Assembly: GCA_965247115.1 (NCBI GenBank)
Contig: CBDFGR010000002.1
Span: forward strand, 192,001 to 256,000
Source of the DNA: Myxococcota bacterium
Lineage (GTDB): Bacteria > Myxococcota_A > UBA9160 > SZUA-336
DNA: 64,000 nt
Direction of reading: 5' to 3'
Below are positions 19,243 through 28,987 of this stretch, one piece after another. Both the position numbers and the translations under genes were made by a program. Numbering within the stretch: position 1 is the first letter of the stretch; every line of letters starts with the position of its first letter. The notes under the pieces are model-generated. The model saw only the letters and a list, made by a program, of their open reading frames with translations, was not told the origin of the DNA and ran no database searches.

Positions 19243-20016
19243 GTGATCTATCTCGAGGCTGAGAACGATCGAGGAGTGGCAGCGGTTCGACCCTGGATCG
19301 AAGCGGCGGAGCGCGTGGTCGTGTTGACGGGCGCCGGTATCTCGACCGACTCCGGCATCCCCGATTTCCGCGGGCCCCAGGGCGTGTGGACCAAGAACCC
19401 GGGCGCGGAGCGGATGGCCACCCTCCAGAACTACATGGCAGAGCCCGAGATGCGAAAGCAGAGCTGGCAGAACCAAGCCGCCGGCGCGAAGCGCGGGGCG
19501 AAAGCCAACGCTGGACACATCGCGCTGGTCGAGCTCGAGCGTCGGGGGAAGCTCCTGGCGTTGATCACCCAGAACGTGGACGGCCTCCATCAGGACGCCG
19601 GAATTTCGGAGTCGCGGATGATCGAGATCCACGGCACGATTCACGCCTTCACGTGCATGAGCTGCGGCGAGCAAGGGCCGATCGAGCGCGTGCTCGAGCG
19701 CGTCCGGGCCGGCGAAGCCGATCCTGCCTGCCGGACCTGCGGCGGCATCTTGAAGTCCGCCACGATCTCGTTCGGGCAGAGCCTGGTCCCCGAGGATCTG
19801 ACGCGCTCGGAGCGCGTGGCCCAGAGCTGTGACCTGCTGCTGGCGATCGGGTCGACCCTCTCCGTCTACCCGGCCGCCGGGGTCGTACCGATTGCGAAGC
19901 GATCGGGTGCCAGGGTCGTGATCCTAAACGCCGAGCCGACGGAGATGGATCACCTCGCCGACGCGGTGATTCGAGGCTCGATCGGCGACGTCCTGCCGCG
20001 CCTCACCGGGGCCTAG
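19243..20016 (+). CDS. cobB: NAD-dependent protein deacylase, Sir2/CobB family
   Basis: TGAGISTDSGIPDFRG, TQNVDGLH, IHG, CxxC..CxxC zinc ribbon, GSTLSVYPAA. Confidence 0.9.
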   Translation: MIYLEAENDRGVAAVRPWIEAAERVVVLTGAGISTDSGIPDFRGPQGVWTKNPGAERMATLQNYMAEPEMRKQSWQNQAAGAKRGAKANAGHIALVELERRGKLLALITQNVDGLHQDAGISESRMIEIHGTIHAFTCMSCGEQGPIERVLERVRAGEADPACRTCGGILKSATISFGQSLVPEDLTRSERVAQSCDLLLAIGSTLSVYPAAGVVPIAKRSGARVVILNAEPTEMDHLADAVIRGSIGDVLPRLTGA

Positions 20017-20072
20017 CTCGTGACCGCCTGGCGCCCGTCGCTGGGGCTACGGCCCGGAGCGAGACGGGTGCC

Positions 20073-20837
20073 TCAGAGCCAGGCCGCGTACGCCTCCAGG
20101 AAAGCCTCGTGCCCACCGCTCTCGATCGGGGCTCCGTGAGCGACCAGGATGCGGTCGAAGTCCCAGGCGGCGATCCTGCGCAGCGACGCGCGGACCAGCT
20201 CGGGATCGCGACGCAGGATCGAGCGCATGATGCGCGAGGGACCGAAGCGCCCGCTCGCATCCGCGACCACGCCCCAGAACAGCCTGTCCCACCGACGCGG
20301 CAGGTCGAGCAGATGGAAGCCGAGGTCCGCGAGCAGCAGGGTTCCGCTCGCCCGGTGCAGGAAGGCGACCTCGCAGTAGCCGCCGATCGGCCCGATCACC
20401 TGCTGGTCGAGCTCCTTCGACCAACCGCCGACCCGGTCTCGCTCGAGCTCACCGGCCAGGCGGAGCTCTGCGCACTTCTTCCCGACGCCAGGCGCCCCCC
20501 AGAGCTCGGCCCGGGGGTAGGCAGCGACGAAGTCGGCCAGAAACAAGTAGTGGTAGGTGTTCGGCGCAACGACGAAGCGCACCGCTCCCAGCTGGTCGAG
20601 CCCGTCGCGCAACCCGGGCGTGAGCGGCAGCGGCGACCACACGAACAGGCTGCGATCGCAGAGCGGCACGATCACCATGCGCGCCGGGATCCGTGCGCCC
20701 GGAGGCACGCGTAGGGTCCGTTCCTGGTACCACAGCCCGTCTCCGAACAGGCGCACGCGTGCGTCCGCGGGACCGAGCAACGTCGGCCGGGTGAGCGCGA
20801 GCAGCCGCTCTACCAGACCGGGACGAGGGTCCGCCAT
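20073..20837 (-). CDS. DUF4336-family protein (metallo-beta-lactamase-like)
   Basis: RMVIV..LFVWSP, VVAPNTYHYLF, EVAFLHRASGTLLLADL and WDFDRILVAHG motifs. Confidence 0.82.
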   Translation of the reverse strand: MADPRPGLVERLLALTRPTLLGPADARVRLFGDGLWYQERTLRVPPGARIPARMVIVPLCDRSLFVWSPLPLTPGLRDGLDQLGAVRFVVAPNTYHYLFLADFVAAYPRAELWGAPGVGKKCAELRLAGELERDRVGGWSKELDQQVIGPIGGYCEVAFLHRASGTLLLADLGFHLLDLPRRWDRLFWGVVADASGRFGPSRIMRSILRRDPELVRASLRRIAAWDFDRILVAHGAPIESGGHEAFLEAYAAWL

Positions 20838-20874
20838 GCACAGAGCATACTCCGTGGAGCTGCGAGGCTCGGGC

Positions 20875-21486
20875 TCAGGCGTCGCGGATGATCGCGATCA
20901 GCCGGCCGCGGACCTGGTCGACCTCAGCGATGCGCAACGCAACGCCGGGTGGATCCTGATTCAGCTTGACGACCGTGCCGCTGCACTCGATCTGACCGTG
21001 GGGCGGTGGGAGAATCAATGGGACTACGACCTCGCTGTCCAGCTCCGGCTCCTCCGGCGTCGACACCAGGAGGCCCCCGTACTTGATGTCCCGCTCGTAG
21101 ACCTCCGCGAGATGTGCGGGATCCGAGAGATCGACCCGGAGCCCGGCGCCCGGCGCTGCCACGTCAGGAGACAAGATGCTCTTCACGACCTCGCGGATGC
21201 CGACGAAGCGGAACCCGACCGTGGGCTTGAACATCGAGCGGGCCTGCGGCGGGTAGACCTTGCGGCGTACGACCACGACTTCTGCGAAGAAGCTCGTCTC
21301 GGGCAGGATGATCTCCAGGTGGAAGCGCTGGCCGAGCTGCAGGGTCTTGCTGGTCTCGATCAGCAGGCCCTTGTTGGACACGTTCGTGGTGAAGCCCCGG
21401 CCCTCGAACTCATCGTTCCAGAAGCGCACGTCCAGGCGACGTCTCTGTCGCTGACTGCGGCGGCGTTCGTTTTCTTTGCGCGACAT
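20875..21486 (-). CDS. Tandem PilZ-domain protein
   Basis: RRSQR plus NVSNKG c-di-GMP motifs; second domain with DIKYGGLLV. Confidence 0.78.
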   Translation of the reverse strand: MSRKENERRRSQRQRRRLDVRFWNDEFEGRGFTTNVSNKGLLIETSKTLQLGQRFHLEIILPETSFFAEVVVVRRKVYPPQARSMFKPTVGFRFVGIREVVKSILSPDVAAPGAGLRVDLSDPAHLAEVYERDIKYGGLLVSTPEEPELDSEVVVPLILPPPHGQIECSGTVVKLNQDPPGVALRIAEVDQVRGRLIAIIRDA

Positions 21487-21573
21487 GCAACCGGCCCTGC
21501 CGTCCTCATCGTCCGGGAGCGGCACCGACTTGACAGGAAAGCCCGGCCTCACGGCGCCAGCCGCGTCACCCAG

Positions 21574-22620
21574 TCAGGGACAGATGCTGACCTTGAGCGC
21601 CCCGGACCTCTTGTCCGACGCGATCGCGAAGGCGCGGTCCACCTCGGAAAGGGGGAGCTGATGCGTGGTCAGGTGCGCGAGGGACTCGCGCTCGGTGTCC
21701 ACGAGCCCGGCGGCAGTCTCAAAGTCCGCCTGTCCACCGATCGGGCGGTGGTAGCAGTTCGACCAGCACAGATCGAGCTCCTTTGACAGGGCCTGTAGCG
21801 GATCCAGGGGCGGCGCATCCACGAACACACCCAGCACGCTGACGACGCCGCCCGGTCGCGCTGCGGCGCAGGCGGCTGCGAGGGTGTCCGCATGGCCGCC
21901 GACAGTCTCGACCACGAGATCGAAGGCCGCGCTGCGCCCCAGTCCCTCGAGCTGGCCCAGACTGGCTTCCTCCTCGGTCAGGACGCGCTTGGCGCCAAGC
22001 GATTTGGCCGCCTCCGCCTGCTGCGCGTAGCGCGCGGTCATCCACACCTCGGATGCGCCGAGCGCTCGCGCGCACAGCAGTGTCACCTGCCCGATCGCCC
22101 CGGCCCCCAGCACGAGGATCCGTTGGCCGGACTCGAAGCCGCCGCGCGCAAGGCCGTGGACCGAGACCGCGATGGGCTCCGCAAGCGCCGCGACCTCAGG
22201 GCGGAGATCTGCAGCGACGGGGTAGACGCGATGCTCCGGGACCGCGATGTACTCGGCGAGCCCGCCGTCCAGATGCCAGCCGTACAGCTGCACGTCCCGG
22301 CAGATGGAGTCGCGGCCCGAACGACAGTACTCGCACGCTCCGCAGCTTCGCAGCGGCTCGACGACCACGTGTGTGCCCGGTGCGATCTCGCTGACCCCGC
22401 TCCCGACCGCATCGATGACACCGGCCATCTCGTGGCCGGGCGTGTGGTCGGGGGGCATCTGGTTCGCGTGGTAGCGGTGCAGATCGCTCCCGCAGATGCC
22501 ACAGGCCTCGATGCGGACCCGCACCTGCCCCGCTGAGCACGCCGGTAGGGGAAGGTCTCTCAGCTCGAAGCGCCGCGGCCCCGCCGCGTGTGCCGCGCGC
22601 ATACTCGTCCTCCCGCTCAC
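21574..22620 (-). CDS. Zinc-dependent alcohol/sugar dehydrogenase (MDR family)
   Basis: CGICGSDLH, GHEMAG, CGACEYC..C and GAGAIG motifs. Confidence 0.92.
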   Translation of the reverse strand: MSGRTSMRAAHAAGPRRFELRDLPLPACSAGQVRVRIEACGICGSDLHRYHANQMPPDHTPGHEMAGVIDAVGSGVSEIAPGTHVVVEPLRSCGACEYCRSGRDSICRDVQLYGWHLDGGLAEYIAVPEHRVYPVAADLRPEVAALAEPIAVSVHGLARGGFESGQRILVLGAGAIGQVTLLCARALGASEVWMTARYAQQAEAAKSLGAKRVLTEEEASLGQLEGLGRSAAFDLVVETVGGHADTLAAACAAARPGGVVSVLGVFVDAPPLDPLQALSKELDLCWSNCYHRPIGGQADFETAAGLVDTERESLAHLTTHQLPLSEVDRAFAIASDKRSGALKVSICP

Positions 22621-23933
22621 GCGTCCCGTCGCAGGAGCGTCTGCGCGCTCTGCGCCTGGTCCCGTCGTTCGGGAAACAAGAGGCGGATCGCCGCTCCGGA
22701 GTCGGGAGTGCTCTCGACTTCGATCCCGCCGCGATGCGAGCGCAGCACGCCGAGAACTGTCGCCAGCCCGAGGCCCCGCCCCTCCGGCTTGGTCGTGAAG
22801 AACGGATCGAAGATCTTCTCCAGCCTCGCCGCATCCATGCCCCGACCGGTGTCCACCACGCAGAGCGTGACGTAGCTTCCTGGGGCGAGCGGGTCGGTGG
22901 TGTAGAGCGAAGGTCCGACCTCCCCTGCGCGAACCTCTCGGGTGCCGGTGGAGAGCGTCACGATTCCACCTTCGGGCCCGATCGCCTCGGCAGCGTTCAA
23001 CAGCAGGTTCATCACCACCTGCTGCATCTGGCCAGGGTCCGCCTCGACGGACGGCAGGTCTGGAGTCAGCTTTGATCGCAGCTCGATCGACGGAGCGATC
23101 GCTCCCTCGAACAGGCCGACGTTCTCCAGGATGAGATCATTCAGGATCAGGTCCCTGTACTCGAACGCCCCCAGGCCGGCGTAGAGGAAGAGCTGTTGCG
23201 CGACCTCGGCCGCCTTTCGTGTAGCCACCGCGGCGCGCTCCAGATTCGGTCGTACCGAAGCCTGCGATCCCAGCTCGTCGAGGCCGAGGGAGATCTGGCC
23301 GAGGATCACGCTGAGCAGGTTGCTGAAGTCGTGGGCTACGCCAGCCGCCATGATCCCGAGACTCTCGACCTTGTCCACCTGCCGGGCCCGCACCGAGCTC
23401 GCTTCGGGTTGGCGGAGCGCAACGATGGCTCCGGACACGCGCAGACCCACGCGGATGGGCACGACAACGTACTGCAGGGAGCTGGACACGCCGTCGGGCC
23501 GCGAGGGCTCGCAGGTACCGGAGCTCGAGCGCCCGTCGCTCAGGATCTGCTCGATCGGAACTCCCGGCAGGGCCTCGGCGCCAGGGCGCCCGGCGAGCTC
23601 CTCCACCCCGCGCCCGAGCAGGCGCCCGGCCGCCGGGCTCACAAAGCTGAGGGTGCCGTCCTCGGCAAGCCCGCAGATCCCCTCGTCGACGGAGTCGAGA
23701 ATCAGGTGCAGCTGGCGCCCGAGCTGCGCGAGCTTCGCCTGAGACGCCTCGCGCTCGGCGATCTCCTTCTCGAGCCGCTCGGTCGCGCGCGCGAGCTCGG
23801 TCTCGCGGTCAGCGATCCGGCGCGAGAGCGCCTCTTCCCCCGTAAGCAACAGCAGCCCCGCTCGACCAAGGCGCCGCCACACCCCGAGCAGTCCGGTGTG
23901 CATGCGTCGGGAGACCTGTCGGATCGCGTTCAC
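22617..23933 (-). CDS. PAS-domain sensor histidine kinase
   Basis: AGVAHDFSNLL H-box, NLLLNAAEA N-box, DTGRGM, FDPFFTTK and GRGLGL motifs. Confidence 0.92.
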   Translation of the reverse strand: MNAIRQVSRRMHTGLLGVWRRLGRAGLLLLTGEEALSRRIADRETELARATERLEKEIAEREASQAKLAQLGRQLHLILDSVDEGICGLAEDGTLSFVSPAAGRLLGRGVEELAGRPGAEALPGVPIEQILSDGRSSSGTCEPSRPDGVSSSLQYVVVPIRVGLRVSGAIVALRQPEASSVRARQVDKVESLGIMAAGVAHDFSNLLSVILGQISLGLDELGSQASVRPNLERAAVATRKAAEVAQQLFLYAGLGAFEYRDLILNDLILENVGLFEGAIAPSIELRSKLTPDLPSVEADPGQMQQVVMNLLLNAAEAIGPEGGIVTLSTGTREVRAGEVGPSLYTTDPLAPGSYVTLCVVDTGRGMDAARLEKIFDPFFTTKPEGRGLGLATVLGVLRSHRGGIEVESTPDSGAAIRLLFPERRDQAQSAQTLLRRDA

Positions 23934-23970
23934 GCAGAAGCCACTCCCATGGTGTGCGCTCCCTCAGCTC

Positions 23971-24429
23971 CTAGCCCGATCTCGCCCCCGACTCGAAGCG
24001 GTAGAACGCAAAGTCGGGGATCTGGTCGCTTCGGGGTGCCTGCGCCCCTGGACGGAACTTTGCCGCGAACGAGACGAGGATTGCATCTCGCTCCCAGGAG
24101 TTGACCCGCTCGACGTAGCCCGGATAGATGCTTCCTGCGATCTTGAGACGAACGTTCGGGTTCTGGCGCACGAACTCCGGCCACTTCTTTGTCGACACGT
24201 TGAACGACGGCAGGTACAGCCCCCCCTCATGCATGAAGCAGACGACCGTGATGGAGTGCGGAAAGCCAGGGCGCGTCTCCAGCGCTACGGTCGTGACACC
24301 TGCGGTGAAGCTCCAGTCCGCGACGGGCTCGGTCACGACCTCTCCGTAGAGTCGTCCGCCGGGGATGCGCCAGACAGGCTCGCACGCCGTTAGCACGAGC
24401 AACGAGCCGAGAACGAGCAGTCGGATCAA
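23971..24429 (-). CDS. Hypothetical lipoprotein, split-barrel (DUF2255/nitroreductase-like) fold likely
   Basis: Lipobox LTAC; PHSITV and W..VRQNPNVRLKIAG..Y pattern. Confidence 0.6.
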   Translation of the reverse strand: MIRLLVLGSLLVLTACEPVWRIPGGRLYGEVVTEPVADWSFTAGVTTVALETRPGFPHSITVVCFMHEGGLYLPSFNVSTKKWPEFVRQNPNVRLKIAGSIYPGYVERVNSWERDAILVSFAAKFRPGAQAPRSDQIPDFAFYRFESGARSG

Positions 24430-24450
24430 GGCGTGGTCCCCTCGGCCCGG

Positions 24451-25248
24451 CTACAGCGGGCGCGGAATACGACCCAGCTCGTCGAGCAGAGGCTGACTGT
24501 ACGCGATGCGGCCCGTCAGCTCTGCCGGATCCCCGCTGCAGAGCGCCAGTCCCGCTTCCGCCATTACTTCCGGAGCCTCGAGTCGCTCCTTCGGGAGGCC
24601 CTCGTCCAGGCGGTGGTACTTGGCGCCAGGGGTCACGACCAGCCCGTTCGGCGACAGCGCGTTCACGGCAATGCCTGCACCATAGAGCTCCGCCGCGAGA
24701 CCGCTGCTGAAGCGTTCGATCGCGGCCTTGACCATCCCGTACACGGTGCCGTGGAAGACTCCCCCCGTGTAGGGTCGCTCTGGGTGGCGGGCCGCGCCCG
24801 ACGAGATATTGAGGATCCAGCCCGCCCCGCGCTCGCGCATCGCCGGGATCACACGCTGTGCGAGATCCACCGGTGCCATCACCTGCACCTCGAACATCAG
24901 GTCCGCGCGGCGACGCGGGAAGGTGGCCATCTCGAGGAAGTAGGTAACTGCCGCGTTGTTGACGAGGATGTCGGGATCGCCTGCCTGCTGACGAACCTCC
25001 GCCAGCAGCCGCTCGCGATCCTCTGGCTTGTTCAGATCCGCCGCGATGGGGATGGCCTTGCCGCCCGCGTTCTCGATCAGGGATGCGGTCTCGTGAATCG
25101 TGCCCTCGAGCGGGCTCTGACCGCTCTGCGTCGTTCGTGCGGTCAGCGCCACCGTCGCGCCTTCTCCCGCAAAGCGTCGTGCGATGTCCGCACCGATTCC
25201 CCGACTCGCACCCGTGACGACCGCGATCTTTCCGTCCAGTACGCCCAT
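24451..25248 (-). CDS. SDR-family oxidoreductase
   Basis: TGASRGIG, LVNNAA and YGMVK motifs. Confidence 0.9.
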   Translation of the reverse strand: MGVLDGKIAVVTGASRGIGADIARRFAGEGATVALTARTTQSGQSPLEGTIHETASLIENAGGKAIPIAADLNKPEDRERLLAEVRQQAGDPDILVNNAAVTYFLEMATFPRRRADLMFEVQVMAPVDLAQRVIPAMRERGAGWILNISSGAARHPERPYTGGVFHGTVYGMVKAAIERFSSGLAAELYGAGIAVNALSPNGLVVTPGAKYHRLDEGLPKERLEAPEVMAEAGLALCSGDPAELTGRIAYSQPLLDELGRIPRPL

Positions 25249-25308
25249 GACTACCTCCGTCGAGGGGACAGTCTACGGGATCGGCGCGACGCGTGTCTCG
25301 AGCGCTCC

Positions 25309-26403
25309 CTACCCGTCGAAACGCTCCGTTCCGTCGGCCCAGGTCGGCGGCGGCGGGGAATCGAGCCGGTCGAGGACCGCGCGTTCGCTGAAGCTCATGC
25401 GACTGCGCACACGAAGCGCGCCTTCGCCTTCCCCGTACCGGACAGAGATCTCGTCCTCCATCACGACCCGGTAGGGCTGGCCCGTCGCCATGTCCAGCCA
25501 GACTTCCCCGTTCAGCTCGCCCTCGACGCGATCCAGCTCGACGCCAAGCGTCGTCGAATAGTCCGTCGCGTCGATCGAAGCACGCAGCTGGATCCTCGCA
25601 CACTGGACGCCGTTGAGCTCCTCGTACGCGATCAAGCGCTCTTCCACGTCGAGCACCAGGCCCAGCTTGCCGAGCGGGCTCGCCGGAATCCGCCGCACTT
25701 GCCAGGTCGTACCTGGCGAGACCTCGCCCGGCGGAAAGGACGGGAGCGCGTAGCGCAGCGCGGGTTGTAGCATGAGCATTTTGAGCAGAGGCCGGGCCTC
25801 GCGACGTCCCCGGACGTCGATGCTGAGCGGAGTTCCGAGCCTGTCACTCCGCATGGTCGCGAACGGGCGACCCAGCAGCACCTCGGGCCCGATCTGTCCG
25901 CGGCGCTGGTTCCGCACGTCCAGCTGCGGCTCATCGTTGAGCATCATGCGCACGCGCTCGTCCGCGATCTCGATCAGGCTCTTGCTCGGACCTCGGGAGT
26001 TCAAGACCTCCTGCTTGAGTGCGGCCATGACCAGGATCGAGGCAATCTCGTTCTCCGTGTTCGAGTCCGTGGTCCGCTGCAGGTAGTGGAGCTCGAGCGT
26101 CAGATCCTCGACCGAGCGCTGGGGCTCGCTCAGGGCGGCCCCGCCGCTTACCATCGTGTAGCCCGAGAACTCGAGCTGGAGGCGATACAGCGTGCCCTCC
26201 CGCCCAGGCGCCTTGTACCGGATCTCGACCGGCCCCTCGGGTGGGAAAGGCACCATGCGGGCTCGGGGAGGCGGCAGCGGAGGCGTTGTCATCGGAGGGG
26301 GCCCATCGCCGGAGCCCCCACACGCGACGGCGACGAAGAGCAGCACTGCGAGGAGCGGCAGCGTGCATTGGCCGGGATCGAAGTCTGCGGTCTGTCGTGT
26401 CAC
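25309..26403 (-). CDS. Hypothetical lipoprotein
   Basis: 3' part of the 1120-aa ORF; hydrophobic stretch with lipobox AVAC, Pro-rich linker, then globular beta-rich sequence; start uncertain. Confidence 0.65.
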   Translation of the reverse strand: MTRQTADFDPGQCTLPLLAVLLFVAVACGGSGDGPPPMTTPPLPPPRARMVPFPPEGPVEIRYKAPGREGTLYRLQLEFSGYTMVSGGAALSEPQRSVEDLTLELHYLQRTTDSNTENEIASILVMAALKQEVLNSRGPSKSLIEIADERVRMMLNDEPQLDVRNQRRGQIGPEVLLGRPFATMRSDRLGTPLSIDVRGRREARPLLKMLMLQPALRYALPSFPPGEVSPGTTWQVRRIPASPLGKLGLVLDVEERLIAYEELNGVQCARIQLRASIDATDYSTTLGVELDRVEGELNGEVWLDMATGQPYRVVMEDEISVRYGEGEGALRVRSRMSFSERAVLDRLDSPPPPTWADGTERFDG

Positions 26404-26516
26404 GGGTCGGCGGCAAGATAGCGAAGCGTTGCGCGAGTGGGTGTCTCGAACAGCAGATTCTGGCCGGAAGCGCAGCGCGGGGGGCAGCCTCACGCGGGGC
26501 TGCGCGCGTTGGGGGA

Positions 26517-27704
26517 TCAGCCGATTCGAGCCTTGCCCGTCTCGTCGCGGTGTTTCGCGAGGTAGCGCATGAAGGGGGTTCCCCCGGTTCCGACGTCCGT
26601 GGGGTTCGCCCGGTCGGCGCCACTTTGCAGCTCGATGTAGCTTGCAGCGTAGTCCAGGTGCAGCGACCGGAACGCCTCCAGCCAGCCCACACACTGGTCG
26701 TACGCGGCTCGTAGCTCGCGAGCTCCGCTCGCGCAGGATTGCACGAACGGACGAACCGTCCCAGCCTCGTCGAGGGCGTCCAGGAACGCCCGATGCCCCG
26801 GAGGCATGTAGTGGCGCATCTCGACCAGGTAGCCGCGCAAGGGGTCGTCCGCGTGGGCTACGCCGAGGACGGCGTCGAGCGCGGGAATGATGCCACTCTG
26901 GGCCCCCGTCTCGCCTCTGAACTGCTGCGGGTGCCCGTCGAGCACCTCCACGCCCTCGTACACCACTCCTCCGGGCAGTGCCGGATGATCCTTCCAGCCG
27001 TGGATGTAGGGGCGAACGCGCCGAAAATAGACGTATGGATCGCAATGCTCCGGCAGGCGAGCCAGCGCGCCAAGCATCGACTCGATACCTGCCGAAATCG
27101 CGTCCAGGGAATCCATGAGCGCAGCGACGTCCTGCTTGGACACCGCGCGCAGAGCCGGCCCGAGCTCGCAGAGAGCGCGCGCGGCTTTGAACTCGATATC
27201 GACGTGAACACCGATGAACCAGTCCTCGTCCGCTCCGCCAAGGAAGTTCTGCAGCAGCATGATGTTGCCGAGCTCTACGGGACCTTCTGCATCGATCCGC
27301 GACCAGTTGTCGAGCGCATAGGACGCGTACGAGAGCACAGGAGGACGGCCCAGCCGCAGGGCGACCTCGCACCAGGGTACGGCGATGCTCGCGGGGATGC
27401 GTTCGGCCGGCGCGTCCCCCGACCAGACGTACGCGTGGCCGACATAGGAGAGGAGCAGCATGGCGCGCCGCAGCTCGGCCTCGTTCTCCAGCTCGTCGAC
27501 GGGCAGCTGCGGCAGGCTCTCGAGGATCTTCCGGATGTGCCCCGTGAGCAGGAGCCGCGGCAGGTCGTGCCCCACCTCTTCGAGCGCGTCGAATTGCTCG
27601 GGCAGCTCGCGCAGGGGGTCCGCCAGCGGCAGAAAGCCGCGCTCGCGTGAAAGCCCGAAGGACTTCAGGTCGTCCACGGGGAAGGACGGAGACCGACGCT
27701 CCAT
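26517..27704 (-). CDS. Indoleamine 2,3-dioxygenase (heme)
   Basis: RGFLP, LGRPPVLSYAS, DEDWFIGVH, RVRPYIHGW, GETGAQS, MRHYMP..HR, FRSLH and GTGGT motifs. Confidence 0.88.
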   Translation of the reverse strand: MERRSPSFPVDDLKSFGLSRERGFLPLADPLRELPEQFDALEEVGHDLPRLLLTGHIRKILESLPQLPVDELENEAELRRAMLLLSYVGHAYVWSGDAPAERIPASIAVPWCEVALRLGRPPVLSYASYALDNWSRIDAEGPVELGNIMLLQNFLGGADEDWFIGVHVDIEFKAARALCELGPALRAVSKQDVAALMDSLDAISAGIESMLGALARLPEHCDPYVYFRRVRPYIHGWKDHPALPGGVVYEGVEVLDGHPQQFRGETGAQSGIIPALDAVLGVAHADDPLRGYLVEMRHYMPPGHRAFLDALDEAGTVRPFVQSCASGARELRAAYDQCVGWLEAFRSLHLDYAASYIELQSGADRANPTDVGTGGTPFMRYLAKHRDETGKARIG

Positions 27705-27807
27705 GCTCCGAGGATACGTCTCGCTCGGCGTAGCCTCCAAGCAGCAGAGCAGCAACGTGCGACAGGGATGTCCAGCGACACACTGCGACGGAGTGGAGAG
27801 CCGGTCT

Positions 27808-27899
27808 TGTGGGACCCGGCGCGCGGGCGGCCGCGCGCCACCCACCTTCGCGCAGGCCTACGGCCTTCGCTGCGCGCGCCGCGTTCCGCGGCGCTTGCG
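27808..27899. repeat. REP-like palindromic element, copy 2
   Basis: TGTGGGACCC-GGCGCGCGG-GCGG-CCGCGCGCC-ACCCACCTTCGC..TTGCG; same architecture as 1473-1563; abuts the stop of the PfkB gene. Confidence 0.75.
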
Positions 27900-28799
27900 T
27901 TAGTGCCCGCGGGCTAGGAGTTGTTCGGCGTCTTGGGAGGTGCCGTGAAATGGGCCGGAGGATTGCAGTGCCAGCGCTGCGACTGCGGTTGCGAAGCGGG
28001 CCGCGCTCTTGGGATGGTATTGTTCGAGACGGCGATGCAGGTACGCGGCCATGAACGTGTCGCCGCAGCCGGTGGGGTCGACTGGATCCGCTACGGGAAC
28101 CGCGGGAACGTGATGGAGCTGCCCTTCGCCGAACACGAGCGCGCCGTCGCCGCCGAGGGTGACGAGCACCTCGCGCGGGCCGAGTTCGGCCAGACGCCGC
28201 GCGGCCAGGCCGACGTCTCGCACTCCGCTCAGTAGCAGTGCCTCGCCGGCGTCCACTTTTAGCGTGGTGACGTACGAGAGTGTCTCCTCGGTCTGCGCAA
28301 AGCGACGCGGGACGATCACTCCGTCCTTCACCCCTCTCACCAGGCCCTGAGCATCGAGAGCTACCTCTCCCCTGGCAGCGGCGCTCTCGACCATGCCCAC
28401 GGCCATATCGCGATTCGTGAGCGGGCCGAGATGGAACACGCCGGCGCGCAGATTGCCCAGCTCCGCAGCTTCGAAGGGCGATCCGACCGTACTCACCCGC
28501 TGCGCGCGCGGACCCGAATCGACGCTGTCGTAGCGATTCTCGAAGACTGCAGTTCTCGGGCTCGGCAACGCGATGACCGCTTCGCACTCGCCCCTCAGCT
28601 CCGAGAGCAGCTCCGGCTCGTCTTCGGCAGCGAGCTTGGTGAGAACCGCGACCTGTCGCCCGAGGCGACACAGCGTAAGGGCCAGGTAGTATGCAGCTCC
28701 TCCGGGCTGCCTCTCGACCCGCTCGCCGATCCGGACGACGTCGCGGCTCACGTGTCCGACCGCGCAGACGTCGAAGTGCTGCAGCTCAGCCCCGCTCAT
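27900..28799 (-). CDS. PfkB-family carbohydrate kinase
   Basis: VGHVSRD, PGGAAYY, VTLGGDGA and DPTGCGDTF motifs. Confidence 0.9.
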   Translation of the reverse strand: MSGAELQHFDVCAVGHVSRDVVRIGERVERQPGGAAYYLALTLCRLGRQVAVLTKLAAEDEPELLSELRGECEAVIALPSPRTAVFENRYDSVDSGPRAQRVSTVGSPFEAAELGNLRAGVFHLGPLTNRDMAVGMVESAAARGEVALDAQGLVRGVKDGVIVPRRFAQTEETLSYVTTLKVDAGEALLLSGVRDVGLAARRLAELGPREVLVTLGGDGALVFGEGQLHHVPAVPVADPVDPTGCGDTFMAAYLHRRLEQYHPKSAARFATAVAALALQSSGPFHGTSQDAEQLLARGH

Positions 28800-28885
28800 G
28801 CGGCTCCGGCGCTGGACATTGTGCTCCCGCCACTGAAGAGTAAAATGCCGCCAGCTACGCTCACAGTCGCCATGGAGGCTACTGG

Positions 28886-28987
28886 GTGAACCGCTTCCTC
28901 TCGCAGTATGAGTTGGCGACAGCGCTGGAAGAAGTCTACGACGAGCTGAGCCCGGCGTTCCAGACCCTGAGCCGGTTGGACACGTGA
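28886..28987 (+). CDS. Putative 33-aa small protein coupled to nthB (MNRFLSQYELATALEEVYDELSPAFQTLSRLDT)
   Basis: GGAGG 7 nt before GTG; its TGA overlaps the nthB GTG start (GTGA); below the ORF-track cutoff. Confidence 0.5.
   Translation: MNRFLSQYELATALEEVYDELSPAFQTLSRLDT

Noticed and set aside
19243..20016. Defence-associated sirtuin (Thoeris/DSR)
   Set aside because: Canonical CobB-type deacylase with zinc ribbon in a housekeeping context
26404..28671. N-terminal ~750 aa of the 1120-aa ORF
   Set aside because: Arg/Ala-rich alternative-frame shadow over the IDO and PfkB genes; only the last ~365 codons look like a real protein
28800..28983. Cobalt/NiCo riboswitch upstream of nthB
   Set aside because: No convincing four-way junction pairing seen; the region is better explained by a small coupled ORF; a cmsearch would settle it
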